Shown here one piece after another: positions 23,831-36,915 of a stretch of 64,000 nt of DNA (positions are counted from its first letter, which is position 1; each line of letters opens with the position of its first letter). The notes beneath the pieces are model-generated. The model ran no database searches, was not told the origin of the DNA, and saw nothing but the letters and a program-made list of their open reading frames with translations. The translations under genes and the position numbers were made by a program. Origin of the DNA: Glycera tridactyla (lineage: Eukaryota); assembly GCA_965644265.1 (NCBI GenBank), contig OZ286468.1, positions 4,030,001 through 4,094,000 of the forward strand. Direction: 5' to 3'.

Positions 23831-26800
23831 CACCCTGTCGGGGTCCCCAGCGGAAGGTGAAATTTTAAGAAATTCACAGACACTAGTTATCAAATGTTGA
23901 GGACATGCAACGGACATGGAAAGTGCCACTCTGGAAAACTCTTATCGTGTCCCTTCAGGTTAGCTCCGAGATAACAAACCGAACCGATCCAAATCTACAA
24001 TTTGTTCACAATAGAGGATCCACGGATTCCAATTGAATCCAAATGTACGCTAGAGTTTGTTTGATTGTTTTGACTGATCTCAGTCCAGTACCTGAAGGTT
24101 CTGATCCTCCCAGTGCTGATGTTAGCTATTCATGGGTGACAGGTCTAATCTTGGCGAGGCACAGAGTTGTTTCTGAAGTGCTAGTGTCGTAAGGTCAACT
24201 TCCAACCTGGCTCCACTTTATGGTGATCATTATAGGTATCAAATTTCGTACAGCAGCTACGATATCCAGAGGTAAATTGACACAATGTGTACAGAAAATG
24301 CCGACTAATACAAAAACAGCAGCGAGCNNNNNNNNNNNNNNNNNNNNNNNNNNNNNNNNNNNNNNNNNNNNNNNNNNNNNNNNNNNNNNNNNNNNNNNNN
24401 NNNNNNNNNNNNNNNNNNNNNNNNNNNNNNNNNNNNNNNNNNNNNNNNNNNNNNNNNNNNNNNNNNNNNNNNNNNNNNNNNNNNNNNNNNNNTAGGTTCG
24501 ATTCCCGCGCATAAAACACCCACGTCTCGTATTTGAGAGTAGGATATTACGCCAAGAAAACTATACCTCTTAATAGAGCCACCACCATAGAGCTGGGTAT
24601 AGTATACTACCCTCTCCCTAAGCTCGGTGTTTTATACACCGCTAACCCTCTATGAATACCCCAAATCGTCTTTATCATCTTGTAGAAGATATCAATCAGT
24701 CGAACCGCGAAAAGAATATGAAGTTGTAAGGATTTGGTTTCGTCCCACCAGCACCTTACGTGTTACTTTTGATGCCCATGCAGTGGGCATGGGAAAGGTC
24801 ATAGAATGACTCCTTGAGGGGTCCCTGATAGGAAACAGCATTTCATGTCAACCTGATTTGAAAGCTGATTACTCTTCCAGCGTCTCGGTTGGAGGCTGCC
24901 TGAAATGCCTCTGGTGCCCAGTCAGCTTGTGTCCAGGGTTTGTGAGTGTGATGTCTGCAGGGGACAGAACATCCAACTCCCAATAGATCTGAGACAAATG
25001 GCTCGACTAATACCCACTGGTTGATACATACCGTCAAACCAGATTGGTCTGTTCCCAGTGTGTGATTAATGATGATGTGATGCTGTGTACATGGGAGGGG
25101 GGGGGGGGGGGGGGGGGTTACATATGATGCAGAATATACGTCACGGATGCGTTGACAATCAGGTTAGATTCATCCTTGGGACAACAATCATCGAGACGCA
25201 CACACGTCACAAACAATTACGAACGAACAATACAGTCCCTTCGCTCCATATGAGGATTTCAAGAAGGGATCCATCCTGGTGTGTGTGTGTGTGTGTGTGT
25301 ATGTGTGTGTATGCGTGTGTGTGTACCAAACTGTGCGATAACTGGGTAGCTTCTAGATGTATACAGTTTCAATAGAGGTGGTATCTATATAGAGGTGGTC
25401 TTTAGAGAAGGTTCGACAGTGATCAGTTTTAATATCTCCATTAACGCCAGTCTCCGAATTAGTTCGTGGGAAGCAGTTAACGTTGATTATATCAAGTGTT
25501 GTACACTGTTTGTGAGAGGGATAATCACATTTCGTGAGTGGGAATTCTCCCACACCACACCTGTATGACGGATTAGGCCGCCCACGGTCTACACACTTCA
25601 ACAAAACACCAGTCTTCCTAAAGTTGAATAGGATGTCCAAGTCTGCCTATAAAACGACGTGAAAAACATGATGGGAAATGATTGATTGATTGATTGGTCG
25701 GTTGATTGATGGGTTGGTTGAAGCTTATCAACATGTACCAGGCCAAGGAATCCTGTGTGATTCTGACCTATAAAAGTTGAATGTCAAATTGGATGCAAGG
25801 CCCTCCGCATGCATGTGATGGGGTGGGGTGTGGGGATGTGGGTGTTGATGTGAGTGGGGTGTGGGGATGTGGGTGAGATTGAGGGGTGGGCATACTCTAT
25901 GGCGATGTTTGGTTGCCCCGATATTGCAATGCCCCGACAGCTGATGTCTGAGATAAGTTTTTGTCGTCGGTGACGGCCGAGGACAAGAGTGCGGACTGCC
26001 ATTCTACTTCCGGTGTCATGGCCGCCGCGCCCATGACTTGTTTATGCCAAGGACGCTCCTTGTTTATATAATGTCTACTCATCCATCGTGTTTATATACG
26101 GACGAGCAGGAAGACACGGTCGGTGGGTGACGAGAGAGGGTAGGTGTCCCCGTATGGCAGACAACTTATCTCTTTCGTCAGTTTTACATAAAGGTTTGCA
26201 TTATGTCTTGACAACCCTATAAATAGACATTCTCCACCTCACACGTATGCCATGAGTGAGTGAGATTATCGTGGCCTCTATAGACTGGTGGTCTTCCTGG
26301 CGAGGCGATCTCTCGAGAAGGTTCGACTGTATCTCATGTATGCCTGGTCGACGGGAGCTGGATGACCTGTCCCCTGCAGGCACAACTCTTACAGGAGCTA
26401 TCCAACCATCATGTAACTGGCAGGAATCTGACACTCAAGCCTGACAACGGTATCGGGTGAATAAAGGCAAAATGTACCTCACAATCTACTCGGTAACCAC
26501 AAAAGAAGAAGGGATATCGCGAACATCGATGTCCACATTAAATATCGATATCGTGAATCCTGATACGCTCTGTCTACTAACCCCAGTGGGGGGGGGGGGG
26601 GGGGGGGTCGCTGGGTGTGGAGCAAAACGTCTTCCTTGTTGTTTGACGTTCGAAAAAGAGATGTAATCTTGGTGGGGTTTGTGATTTACTGGGTGTGGTT
26701 GGTGTGACTCAAATGAATCTAGAGAGAAGGGGACACTTCACATACTCTCGTGTGTGTGTGTGTGTGTGTGTGTGTCTGTTTGTGTTTGTGTGTGTGTGTA

Positions 26801-27249
26801 TGTGTGTATGTGATGCTTTGGATACAAATTCTGGTTTTCTAGCTTTATTGAACTTATCTACACATCCTGTTCATCAAAATAACTAATCTTGAAACGGCTA
26901 TGAAGCCAGGAAAAGCCCCCTTCATTAATCTGGCATGAAATTATTGAAAGAAACATTGGGGCAGCGTAGAGTCAAGCCTGGGTATGGAAGGACGTGATTA
27001 CTCGTCATTCGGGTGCCTAGGAGTGTAGAGGAGGTAGAGTTGGCCCAGTTTTCACATGGTATCCATGGTGATGTAGGGAGATGAGCAGTTCTGAAAGGTC
27101 AGCATCTTCCACATCTCAGTCATATATCACAAGGGGGCGGGGAGTGCGGCTCAGTGCTGGGAATCAGTGCCATTGGAACAAGCCGAATCAGCAAACTATA
27201 CTCATGGACGTTGATGTTTGGGCCCCACGGCCCTAGTTCATACACTGCA

Positions 27250-27312
<63 letters not shown>

Positions 27313-28447
27313 TGTGCACATTGTACCTGTGTGTGTCCACTACGTGCGCGTGTGTGTGTGTTTGTGTGTGCGGTATGTACCTGCATACGTACCATGCTAG
27401 TGTGCATGTGCGTATGTGCATGCAGGTGCATGTATATGCGTGATCATGTGGGCGGGGGGGGGGGGGGGGGGCAGGTAACAAACTCAACATTAGATCATCT
27501 GGTCCGTAATATTGTGACAGGGAGAGCCCCTATGAGCTTCTCGCAAGAAAGTTCAAGTGCTCTCGAGGATCCAGAACCCTGAAAGGTTCTTCAGGGAACG
27601 GTGACAGGTTCCAGGGGTTCTTGGGGGAGCCCTGAAAGGCTCTTGGAACTCATTCACCGTAATCAACACCAACCATATTCATCATCCTTGCCACCCACGA
27701 CACACTATCACACAGCCACCCCACGACTCACCCATCACCCTCCCTAGGACCAAGAACCTTTAAAAGGTTTCTCAGGGAACGGTGACGGATCCTGGGGGTT
27801 CTTGGTAGAACCCTGGAAGGTTCTCTGATGGTGCTAACAGGAACCCTGGACCACAATATCCAATGTGGGATTTTTGAAGAAGAGGGTGGTGGTGACAGTG
27901 GAGATGGCAGCAGCGGTGGGGGTTAGTTAGGGTTGACCTATAATGCCCCTCGATTGCATAAAATCTATCCTCTCCACTTCCTATATTATTGTCCTGTCCT
28001 CTCAACTGAACTATCCACACTCCACTGACCTCTAAAATATCAAGACGAGGGCATCTAGGTGGCCGCTGACAGAGCCACCTGTCGGTTGATATTGTACTAG
28101 ACTCGTCTGGTCACCTACCCATAAATCACACTGACGCTTTCTGTCGGGAGTCGTGTCTTGTTCTATTAAACACAAATTAGCACGGTCCGCCAGATGGCGG
28201 TTAATTGGGATAATGATCGCGCAGCACACCAAGCGGTAGCTATACAAACTACACATCGCTACTCCGCCGTGTCCTCAAGTCTGTTATTGGGTGTGCGGAG
28301 ACTGACCAAGTTTGAAATAGTCTCATTACTCATTTGCGGGAATAGGCATGATAAAACACACCGGAGCTAGATCAGAAGACTGTGTGAGCACCTACCTATG
28401 ATTTGAAAGTAATAGTCCCGGTCAACCGAACCAAATCGAACAGGAGG

Positions 28448-28620
28448 TTTTGTTTGTTTTGTTGGGAGTTTAACGTCACGTCAGCTCCATCTGGGCTATA
28501 TTGTGACGCCCATGCAATGGGCATGGGTGGGATCATTCAAGACTCTTCCTTCTGGGTCCCCAACAGAAGGCGAAAATTTATGAAATTCACAGACACTCGA
28601 GGTGTCATTGCTATTAAAGG
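28448..28620 (-). mobile_element. SINE-like 3' segment, family A (~170 bp, (CAAA)n tail)
   Basis: Near-identical to 48700-48871. Further copies or fragments at ~30540, 35010, 36150, 37060, 37470, 38583 and 47920. Confidence 0.75.
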
Positions 28621-29379
28621 GGTAATGCGGCTTTCTGTTCTCAAGTTTTGAACGTATTGCACTGGCCTATGTCTTGATACAGCACTGTGTTGTCGAAATG
28701 GACAACCTATCTCAGAAAACCACACTACTATTGTCGTAATACTGCTTTCTATCACTGGGATATAACAAATGGACCATTTTTATCCATCGAAAACGAACTC
28801 TGATACATTCCTTTCCCGATTGCAGACGACAGACAGCTGTATGCAGGAAGACAAATAGAACTCCGTAAACAAAGCACAAAAATCTGTCCTCTCCGGAGTC
28901 AGTTATTTGCATAAAAACTTCTCGGCACGAGGTACGCACGCGCGCACGAGAGATAAGCGCCAGTCGCTGAATAGGTGTAGGTTGCATCCTCCGAATTATT
29001 CCGGCCCAGTACAGCATCACTGCATATAATCACAGGCGATGCACGAATCAAAAAAGCTTCATGCCTCGAGGCAGATCGATATGAAATGTACTTTATGTTG
29101 ATACAGTGCAATGAATCATGAAGAAGCAACCAAGCAAAAGTTGGAGACACCAAATATGAACGAACCATCATGTCCCATTTGCTGAGACTGCCTTAGAATT
29201 TCTCCAGGCTGGAGACCGAGTAGTCCAGTCAAACCTGTCGACATAGTCGCATAAAAAGTGGCCTTAGTAGGCAGTTGGCTCTCGTAGACATATAGTCCAC
29301 TGTAGAAAACGCTGACATGGTCGCACCCGAGGGTGGCCTTTGTATAGAGGTGGTCTCGATTCGACAGTATATATAGTAG

Positions 29380-30130
29380 TGTAGAGCCGAGAAAGTTGAT
29401 CTGCTAACGGCCTATATACACCAGGCGCTCGGCGCCTCATAAAAAGTGGACGCGCCGCGAGAAGAGTCAAGGAAGCGCAGCGAATGTCTGCGAATCTTAC
29501 ATACGTATCCGTTGCTTAGCAACAAGCTGACCTCGGCAAGACCTCCGAGAAATTCATCTGTTAACACCGGCTGTTGATGTTATAGGAAGGCGGCCCGGCA
29601 TCTTAGAGCGGGAGAGAGCCAGCTCACAAGATGCTATTATAGACAGTCACACCTCCTTCTGATACAATATGCAGGCATATATTATGCGTGAGGTGACCAG
29701 ACTAAAGCTTATCTCCCCTATTATCACTCTGAATCACAGATCAGATTTTGAATGGATACTCATCACATCGGCATCACAGCTTTCGATTGCACGGGGGAAG
29801 GGGTAAGAAAGGTCACTAGCGAGGTCAAACGGGGTAAACTCGCGAACCAATCATGCATTTCGGGGAAGTGCCGCGGGGTGAAAGAAGGGTTTTAATGGAA
29901 GGAGATTGGACAGGTGCAGCGCTGTAAAGTTGGACACATTAAAATCATCAGTCATGTCAATCGTATCGCGAGTACTCGGCAACAATAGACTGGGACAATG
30001 CCCGTGAACAATCTCACGCCTTATAGAAACGGACCCCTGGGTGTTTGTCCCTCCGATTAGAGCTTAAATCGATCGGCCCAGACGGTCAAATTTGAAAGGA
30101 TAATCCCGTAAAGGTGGGATGGATATATCG
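29380..30130. promoter_or_regulatory. CpG-rich promoter/enhancer-like island
   Basis: Locally CpG-rich. Contains X-box-like GTTGCTTAGCAAC (29511-29523), CCAAT/ATTGG boxes (~29847, ~29904) and TCGCGA palindromes. Confidence 0.4.
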
Positions 30131-30134
30131 CGTA

Positions 30135-30470
30135 CAGTCGAACCTGTCTACAAGGACATCTCTTGTTTACATGGAGAAGTGGCCTTTATGGACGGGTGGT
30201 CTCTATAGAGAGTTGGCAACTACAGTTGAACCTGCTCGAGAGGCCGCCTTTCTATGAAGGCCACCTGCTTATAAAGGCCACCCTGAGCTGCAACCGTGAT
30301 AGTACTACCAACAGTAAATGACCTCTCTATAAAGGCCACCTGCCTATAAAGGCCACTTTTCAATGCGACCAAAGGTGGCCTTTATAGACAGGTTTGACTG
30401 TATATAAAATACTATTGTGGTCACGGCTCAGGGTGGTCTTTGTAGGCAGGTGGTCATTGTATGAAAACAA
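30135..30470. mobile_element. Nested MITEs: a complete copy (30223-30400) inserted at a TA inside an older copy of the same family
   Basis: Outer element starts TA|CAGTCGAACC at 30135. Inner element reads TA|CAGTTGAACC...GGTTTGACTG|TA. Outer consensus (AATACTA...GCTCAGGGTGGTC) resumes after 30402. Confidence 0.72.
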
Positions 30471-30923
30471 TCACCCTCTTCAGTGAGAAAGAACTGACTT
30501 GACAGCATGGTAGGTTGTTCGACATCCCTTCAACATCACTTGGTGCTATATTGAGACACCCATTCAATGGACATGGGCGGGGTCATTCAAAACTCCTCTT
30601 TCTAGGTGACTTTTCAGTAAAGTGGCAGGGGTGGTGGTGTTGGCCTGAAAGGAACCCGAATGAAAGTGATTAAATCAATCATCTCGCAGACTGTACCTAC
30701 CCGACCTGTACCCCCCCCCCCCCAGGGTCGCGGTATCTGTAGAGCAGTGAGCTTGGATAGGGCGATGGAGCGGTGACACAGCAAACACAAGCAGATGTCT
30801 GGCATGGATGAGATGCCAGATGCCGCCGTCAATGTGCGCATGCGCGAGCTAGTGTCCCCATCCTCGCTGTGAAATGTGATCAGCCCAATCAACACTTGGG
30901 ATGTGGGTCTGGTGTCTGGAGTG

Positions 30924-30973
<50 letters not shown>

Positions 30974-31589
30974 CATGTGCTTGTACATATTTACAATTTA
31001 GGCGAGTACAAATCAAAAAACGCTTGCCCGAATAGACAATCAGGCCAAATGCATAAAGTTTACAACGGAGAAGCGCATTTTATATTAGTACATGTAGTTT
31101 TGTATGATGGGTTTAAATGAAGTTCTTTCAATTCAGTGACAATGTTCGCCTGGTGACAGTCGCGATATAACTCATGTGATCCTCGAAGGGACAATAAACC
31201 AAAATAAATCAACCAGTAGAAACCAGAACCCTCAGCTTCAAGCCCTGGAAAGATGACAGGACTGACTGCCATGTGCCTTGCTGCAGTGCACAACCCTGGG
31301 TAACCTGGTGACTCAGATGTACAGACAGACAGTGTTTTGACGTCGTACAGCTTCCTGCGATATGTTTTCACGCCGTCTAGGAATGCAGGTGATCTACACA
31401 CACGTGAGTGGTGTGTGCTCCAGCCAGCAGTAAGATACTAGGTGTATATTCGTGCATCTATCCATTCTAATCAGCTTCTTAAATAATCACCAAAAAGACA
31501 TATGTGGAATCATTCACGTTTCTTCCTTAGGAAAGTGAATGGAAGATTCACTGCTATTCCTTGGGATAGGTAGAGGGTCGTTCCCGGAA

Positions 31590-31640
<51 letters not shown>

Positions 31641-32161
31641 CATGCATGTGTGTGTGTGCGTCGGAAAGTGAAATTGACAGGTGAACTAACACTAATGCTC
31701 TGGACCCAGCAAGCCCCCCCCCCCCCTCCACCAACCAGAACTACGACTTACACCTTAAGATTGGTGAAATGGATGTATGCCAATGATCTAAACAAAAGTC
31801 AGTTTGTATCAACCCGCATGCTCTCAAATCAAGCATTCCGCTCCGCCATCTGTATTTAACACAAATAGCTCACACTGCATCATACGTATCTTCTACCCCC
31901 ACTCCCCACCGGCCTCTGTCTGTGTCTGTCTCTCCCCAGAAATCTCCCATGGTTCACTATAATCTCGCAAACAAGTGACGATCAGCACAGTGAGGTGAAA
32001 TATCTGGCCTATAACGACAAAATAAAAAGATTAAAGCGCGTTAAGAGGTTTAGTCATTTGCCAAATTGGCTAGAGGAATTGCCTGGACATCATATTGGTA
32101 CACGACTTTAATCTACTCAGGATCTCATTTAGGACAAGATTGATCCGGGTTTGAACCTTAC

Positions 32162-32178
32162 CTCGAAGGACACTGGCT
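32162..32178 (-). CDS. Candidate 17-nt microexon (phase 1 to 0; EPVSFE if joined to the MSDKP exon)
   Basis: Minus strand TGTTTGTTTGATGCCTGTTGTTTCAG|AGCCAGTGTCCTTCGAG|GTAAGG has a strong acceptor and donor. The phase fits the upstream 16-nt exon. Confidence 0.35.
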
Positions 32179-32491
32179 CTGAAACAACAGGCATCAAACA
32201 AACACACGTTACAGGTAGATCATACCCATCGGAAAATTCCTGCAACCTCACACCAGTTCAACTCGCCTCATGCTTAGATAAACGAAATTCAGACCAAATC
32301 TGTCAAACTCATGACTTCAAAATCAAGGATGCCAACATTTTATGACCAAAGACACTTACTGATGTCGGTAGTTTTGACGAGTGATGGTTGATGATTGATA
32401 TTGATTTATTTTTCTTCGTCTTATTGTACAATGTACAAAAAGACATTTTCCCCAAATTGAGGAATTTGCAATAATCAGATAAGATCATGTA

Positions 32492-32649
32492 CAGTCGAAC
32501 CTGCTCTAAAGACCACCTCTCTATAAAGACCACCTGAGCTGCGACCGTGGTAGTATTTTCAACAGTAAATGACCTCTATAAGGACCACCTGCCCATAAAG
32601 ACCGCTTTTTGATGCGACCGAAGGCGGTCTTTATAGACAGGTTCGACTG
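32492..32649. mobile_element. MITE, CAGTCGAACC TIR, TA TSD
   Basis: TA|CAGTCGAACCTG...CAGGTTCGACTG|TA. Confidence 0.88.
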
Positions 32650-33689
32650 TATTTATTAGGAGGGATATTAAGCGTGAAATGCCGAATAATTGGCCCAAAA
32701 ATGGTAATCATTATTCCAAAATCATAATGGTTGGAACCTGTGTACTTTCAGCCTCACTTTCTACAGTCTCATACACGCCACGCTCTGATAGTAGTGCCAG
32801 CTATTTGGAATGGAATGCAATAAGAACACTCCTGATGTTTCGGAGTAGCACCACTCGTAAAATGCACGAATTTTGGCCTAAAAAGAGTAGTTGTTACCCC
32901 GAAATCGTACCAGTTGGCATCTCGGCAGTCTGTTAACAGATTGTGATTGACCCAGAATTTCTTGAAGCGAACGAACCGTAGATCTGTCACTAGCGCCCAC
33001 GCCGAGAGGGTGTGTGTGTGTGGGGGGGGGGGGGGGGGTCCTGAAGGGAAACCCACCAACTGGAGCCGACACACGGGCTGGTGCCTCGGGTTTATGTAGG
33101 GCTTCCCTTTCAACTGGTCGCTCGTGTCCCACCCAAACCAACTCTACAACCCCTCCCATCAGTTTTCCATGAATAACCTAGTACCACAGAGTGATCTATT
33201 TCCACAGAGGTTAACAGGTTAAGGAGAGGGGCTATATAAGAAATGAACTATGTCCATTTCCGAAATGCAACTGTGAAAACAAACAACAGGCGCAGTCCAG
33301 AATAGCCTGCATGGTGTTGCCTTTTGATCCAGCGTTCGTCTTTTGTGTGCAACAGACATTGGGGAGGGTAGGGTGGGTGCAAGAACCGTACAACCGAAGG
33401 GTCCCATCATTAACCCAATTCGAATTGAGAGCAGGAAATTTGACAGACCTTTGACGGAAAAATAGCCGCAGAAATACACGAATGGAATTTGGAGACGAAA
33501 CATTGCCCGACTATCTGTTGAAGGGCGGCGAAATGAAAAGTCCAAAGAGGGCATTTCATTGTAGTTTGGTAGGTGTGGAACACGGATAAGCCCCCCCCCC
33601 CCCCCCCCCGCTTGGTTGGAGGTGTCCCGGAGAGATTAAGTTCTATGGCAGGGGCATTAAAAGACGCAATAGTGATCCTAAAATTCAAT

Positions 33690-34700
33690 ACTGACGGTGA
33701 AGGTAAATTAATCCGATGACGTGTCTAGCGTGTTAGGAAGCTGCTGCGTCCGGCCCGCGTCGGCGACCTGCTTTACGTCGAGGGGGATTCGCGCTACGCA
33801 AATCCGCCCTTTGATTTGTTGCTTCGATCACGTGACTATTCGGATTTTCAAACTTTTAGGGCTTTCGACAGTATTTAAATGGCATTTCCTTCTTGTTTAT
33901 GTACAGAAACGGATGATAAATTCAGAATGCGTCTCGTGCCGTGTATGTGGAGTCCGTGAACGCCTCGTAGCGATCCCCGGGGACGCGCGAGTGGCCGCTT
34001 TATAAGGCCGTGTGAGAGAAAGCTGGTTAGCCGGTTCAGAATGTTCGCCGGTTTGTCGCATTGTTCTCCAATGGGGCGTGGCAAAAACCGGCGTCCACCA
34101 GACACAAACCGGCCACCCTCTCAAAGTGGCACCACACACCCGTCAAATGAGCCCACAGTGCTCACAAATCCCACCGAAAATTGATCACTTCCGCTTGCCG
34201 GTTCGAGAACAGCGATTTTAATGAGATGCAGCAGCAGTAGTGGAAGAAAGGCTGAGGCAAATATTACAAGCAGCAGCAACTTCGGTCTAAAACTACCGGC
34301 GGCGGCGACCGGCGAAACCGGTCAAATGACGTAACCAAGTCTGGCGGCGTCGTTATAAATTCGAACAAAATTCAAGCAGTGAATAAAGCCGCGTGAAGCT
34401 GGACGTGTGGATGAAACCTACCTGGTTTGTCGCTCATGGTGGTGGTGTGGGTGGGGTAGGTGGAATTCCCGAGTATAAAGCAGGAGACACGCGTGTCCGT
34501 CTGTCTGTCCGTGAATTGGTGATGCGCAGGGTCTGGGGTTCTCCGAGCGAATGAGGAAGAGCGGTGGAGACTGGTGGATAGAGGCCTGGGAGGGGGCTCA
34601 CACTGCTGACACACGCATGCGCGCCACTCACTCACTCAGCGACACACACGCACGCACGCAGCCAGTCAGCCAGAGAGAGAAGGGACCATGTCAAAAATGA
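33690..34700. promoter_or_regulatory. CpG-island-like promoter/first-intron region
   Basis: High CpG density. TCACGTGAC E-box (~33828), ACTTCCG ETS motif (~34188), TGACGTAA CRE-like motif (~34327) and NRF1-like GCGCGCATGCG (~34615-34625, minus). Confidence 0.55.
34422..34437 (-). CDS. Candidate first coding exon (MSDKP + phase-1 G) of an unidentified minus-strand gene
   Basis: CCACCACCACC-ATG AGC GAC AAA CCA G|GTAGGT: strong Kozak context and a donor site inside a CpG island. Confidence 0.45.
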
Positions 34701-34750
34701 GCAAACTGCTTGCGAGGATGAGTCATTCATCGCTCAATATCAACAGGCAG

Positions 34751-34800
<50 letters not shown>

Positions 34801-36349
34801 CAGACAGACAGATACAGGGACAGAGAGAGGCAGACCGACCGACAGACAGACATACAGGCAGGCGGATAGAGCCGCTGCCGGGTGTGGGCCAGTTATTCCT
34901 TATTCGTGGCTTCTTGTTATACCAATATGTGATGTATTTGCTCAGACGCCAGTTGCTTGGTTAATTCAGCATCTTGTTAGCCTCATCTGGGTTATATTGA
35001 ATTGCCCATTGAATAGGCATGGGTGGGATCATCCAAGATCCCCCCCCCCCCATCATCCTTCTGGGTCACCAACAGGAGGGGGAAATTCACCAGATTCAAG
35101 GTCGTGTCAGACTGCCATGGCAAGATGTCAACATAAGAGACGCCTGCTGATGGTGGTAGTGATGATGACTTAAACCATCACCATGGAAACCAGAACCAGT
35201 CAAGCATGACCGACCGAAGGTCAGCAGGGCATGGAATGCGATGAATGCAATGGGCAAGGGTGGGATCATTCAATACCCGGGTCAATACCCCAAACCCTGG
35301 TATCCAATGCTACGGGCGGCCCAAACATGAAACTCAGATGCCGAAGGAATAATTTGGTTGGATGTTTTGATGAACTGATGGATGGGTGTATGGACACAGA
35401 CACAGACCTCCGTATATGTGTAGAATTGATGATGACGATTTCAAATAAAAGTTATAAAACAAAACAAATGGATGGATGGTCAGATTGCCAGACCGATCGA
35501 CACAGATAATTGGATGGATGGATATACATATGAAGACAGACACACATCGGATAGGTGTGGGTATATAGATAGATAGGCAGACAGACAAGCAGATGAGTGA
35601 ATCGAAAGACTGGTGGATTGACAGGCAGATAGATAGATGGATATATGGATGATTAGATGGATGGATAGACAAACAGATAGGCAGTGACCTGGAGAAGAGA
35701 ATGTCATTGATTGTGCATGACCCTATCTTCTCATTTACACGCCAGAGACCCGTTTACAGGGAGGTCCCGGGCAATGATAGCTAGCCCTCATGGCGCGGAG
35801 ACCTGAACATTATCTGGGACTATCCTGCTCCCAGATATTATGAGACACCAAGTCCGGGATGTGTGAGGCACAACAAAGCCCATGTCAAGGCCACCAAGTT
35901 CTCCGTCATGACTCATCATGCGCGCAATGTATGATTCAGCTGTCGATCGCTGACACACAGAGGCGCAGGTGTCATCATGGGTCGAGGTCAAGGTCGACCT
36001 CTCCTTCTCCATGATTCAGACGGACGTAGTCATCGGCAACTATTGAAGTATCCCAAAAAAATCAACATCGGCTTATATTTCCACAGGGGGTTGTTCACTA
36101 TGAACAGGCTCGATGGTTGGTTGTTTCATGCGACGGCCCGTGAGCACCATCTAGGCTATATTGAGACACCCATGCGATGGGCATGGATGGTGTCATTTCT
36201 GGTATAGAAAATCTTGCCCTCAGTATCACTCTGAGAACAGTGGTTCACGTGGTGGCTTCCTCTGGGCCGGTAAATTGTTGGCCACTGTGTTATGCTACGC
36301 ACATGGGATCAGTTCACAGTCTCCACTTGACCAGTGGATGGATGGGTAG

Positions 36350-36351
36350 AT

Positions 36352-36412
<61 letters not shown>

Positions 36413-36915
36413 TAAATAGACNNNNNNNNNNNNNNNNNNNNNNNNNNNNNNNNNNNNNNNNNNNNNNNNNNNNNNNNNNNNNNNNNNNNNNNNNNNNNNN
36501 NNNNNNNNNNNNNNNNNNNNNNNNNNNNNNNNNNNNNNNNNNNNNNNNNNNNNNNNNNNNNNNNNNNNNNNNNNNNNNNNNNNNNNNNNNNNNNNNNNNN
36601 NNNNNNNNNNNNNNNNNNNNNNNNNNNNNNNNNNNNNNNNNNNNNNNNNNNNNNNNNNNNNNNNNNNNNNNNNNNNNNNNNNNNNNNNNNNNNNNNNNNN
36701 NNNNNNNNNNNNNNNNNNNNNNNNNNNNNNNNNNNNNNNNNNNNNNNNNNNNNNNNNNNNNNNNNNNNNNNNNNNNNNNNNNNNNNNNNNNNNNNNNNNN
36801 NNNNNNNTATAGATAGACGGATAGACAGACAGACAGACAGCTAGCTAGCTAGATAGACAGACAGATAGATAGACAAATAGCTAGCTAGCTAGCTAGCTAG
36901 ACAGATAGATAGATA
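36350..36915. repeat. (GACA/GATA/GCTA)n microsatellite cluster spanning an assembly gap
   Basis: Direct reading on both sides of the N run. Confidence 0.9.

Noticed and set aside
24493-24520. GGTTCGATTCCC B-box as a tRNA gene
   Set aside because: The 5' part is lost in the gap and the downstream sequence does not complete an acceptor stem. At most it is a SINE head.
27560-27850. AAGGTTCT/AGAACC repeats as a CACTA element
   Set aside because: They resemble EnSpm subterminal repeats, but no CACT termini or TSD were found.
34422-34437. Calling the MSDKP exon beta-thymosin
   Set aside because: Only five residues match, and no exon encoding the FD..KLKK(T/V)ET actin-binding motif was found downstream.
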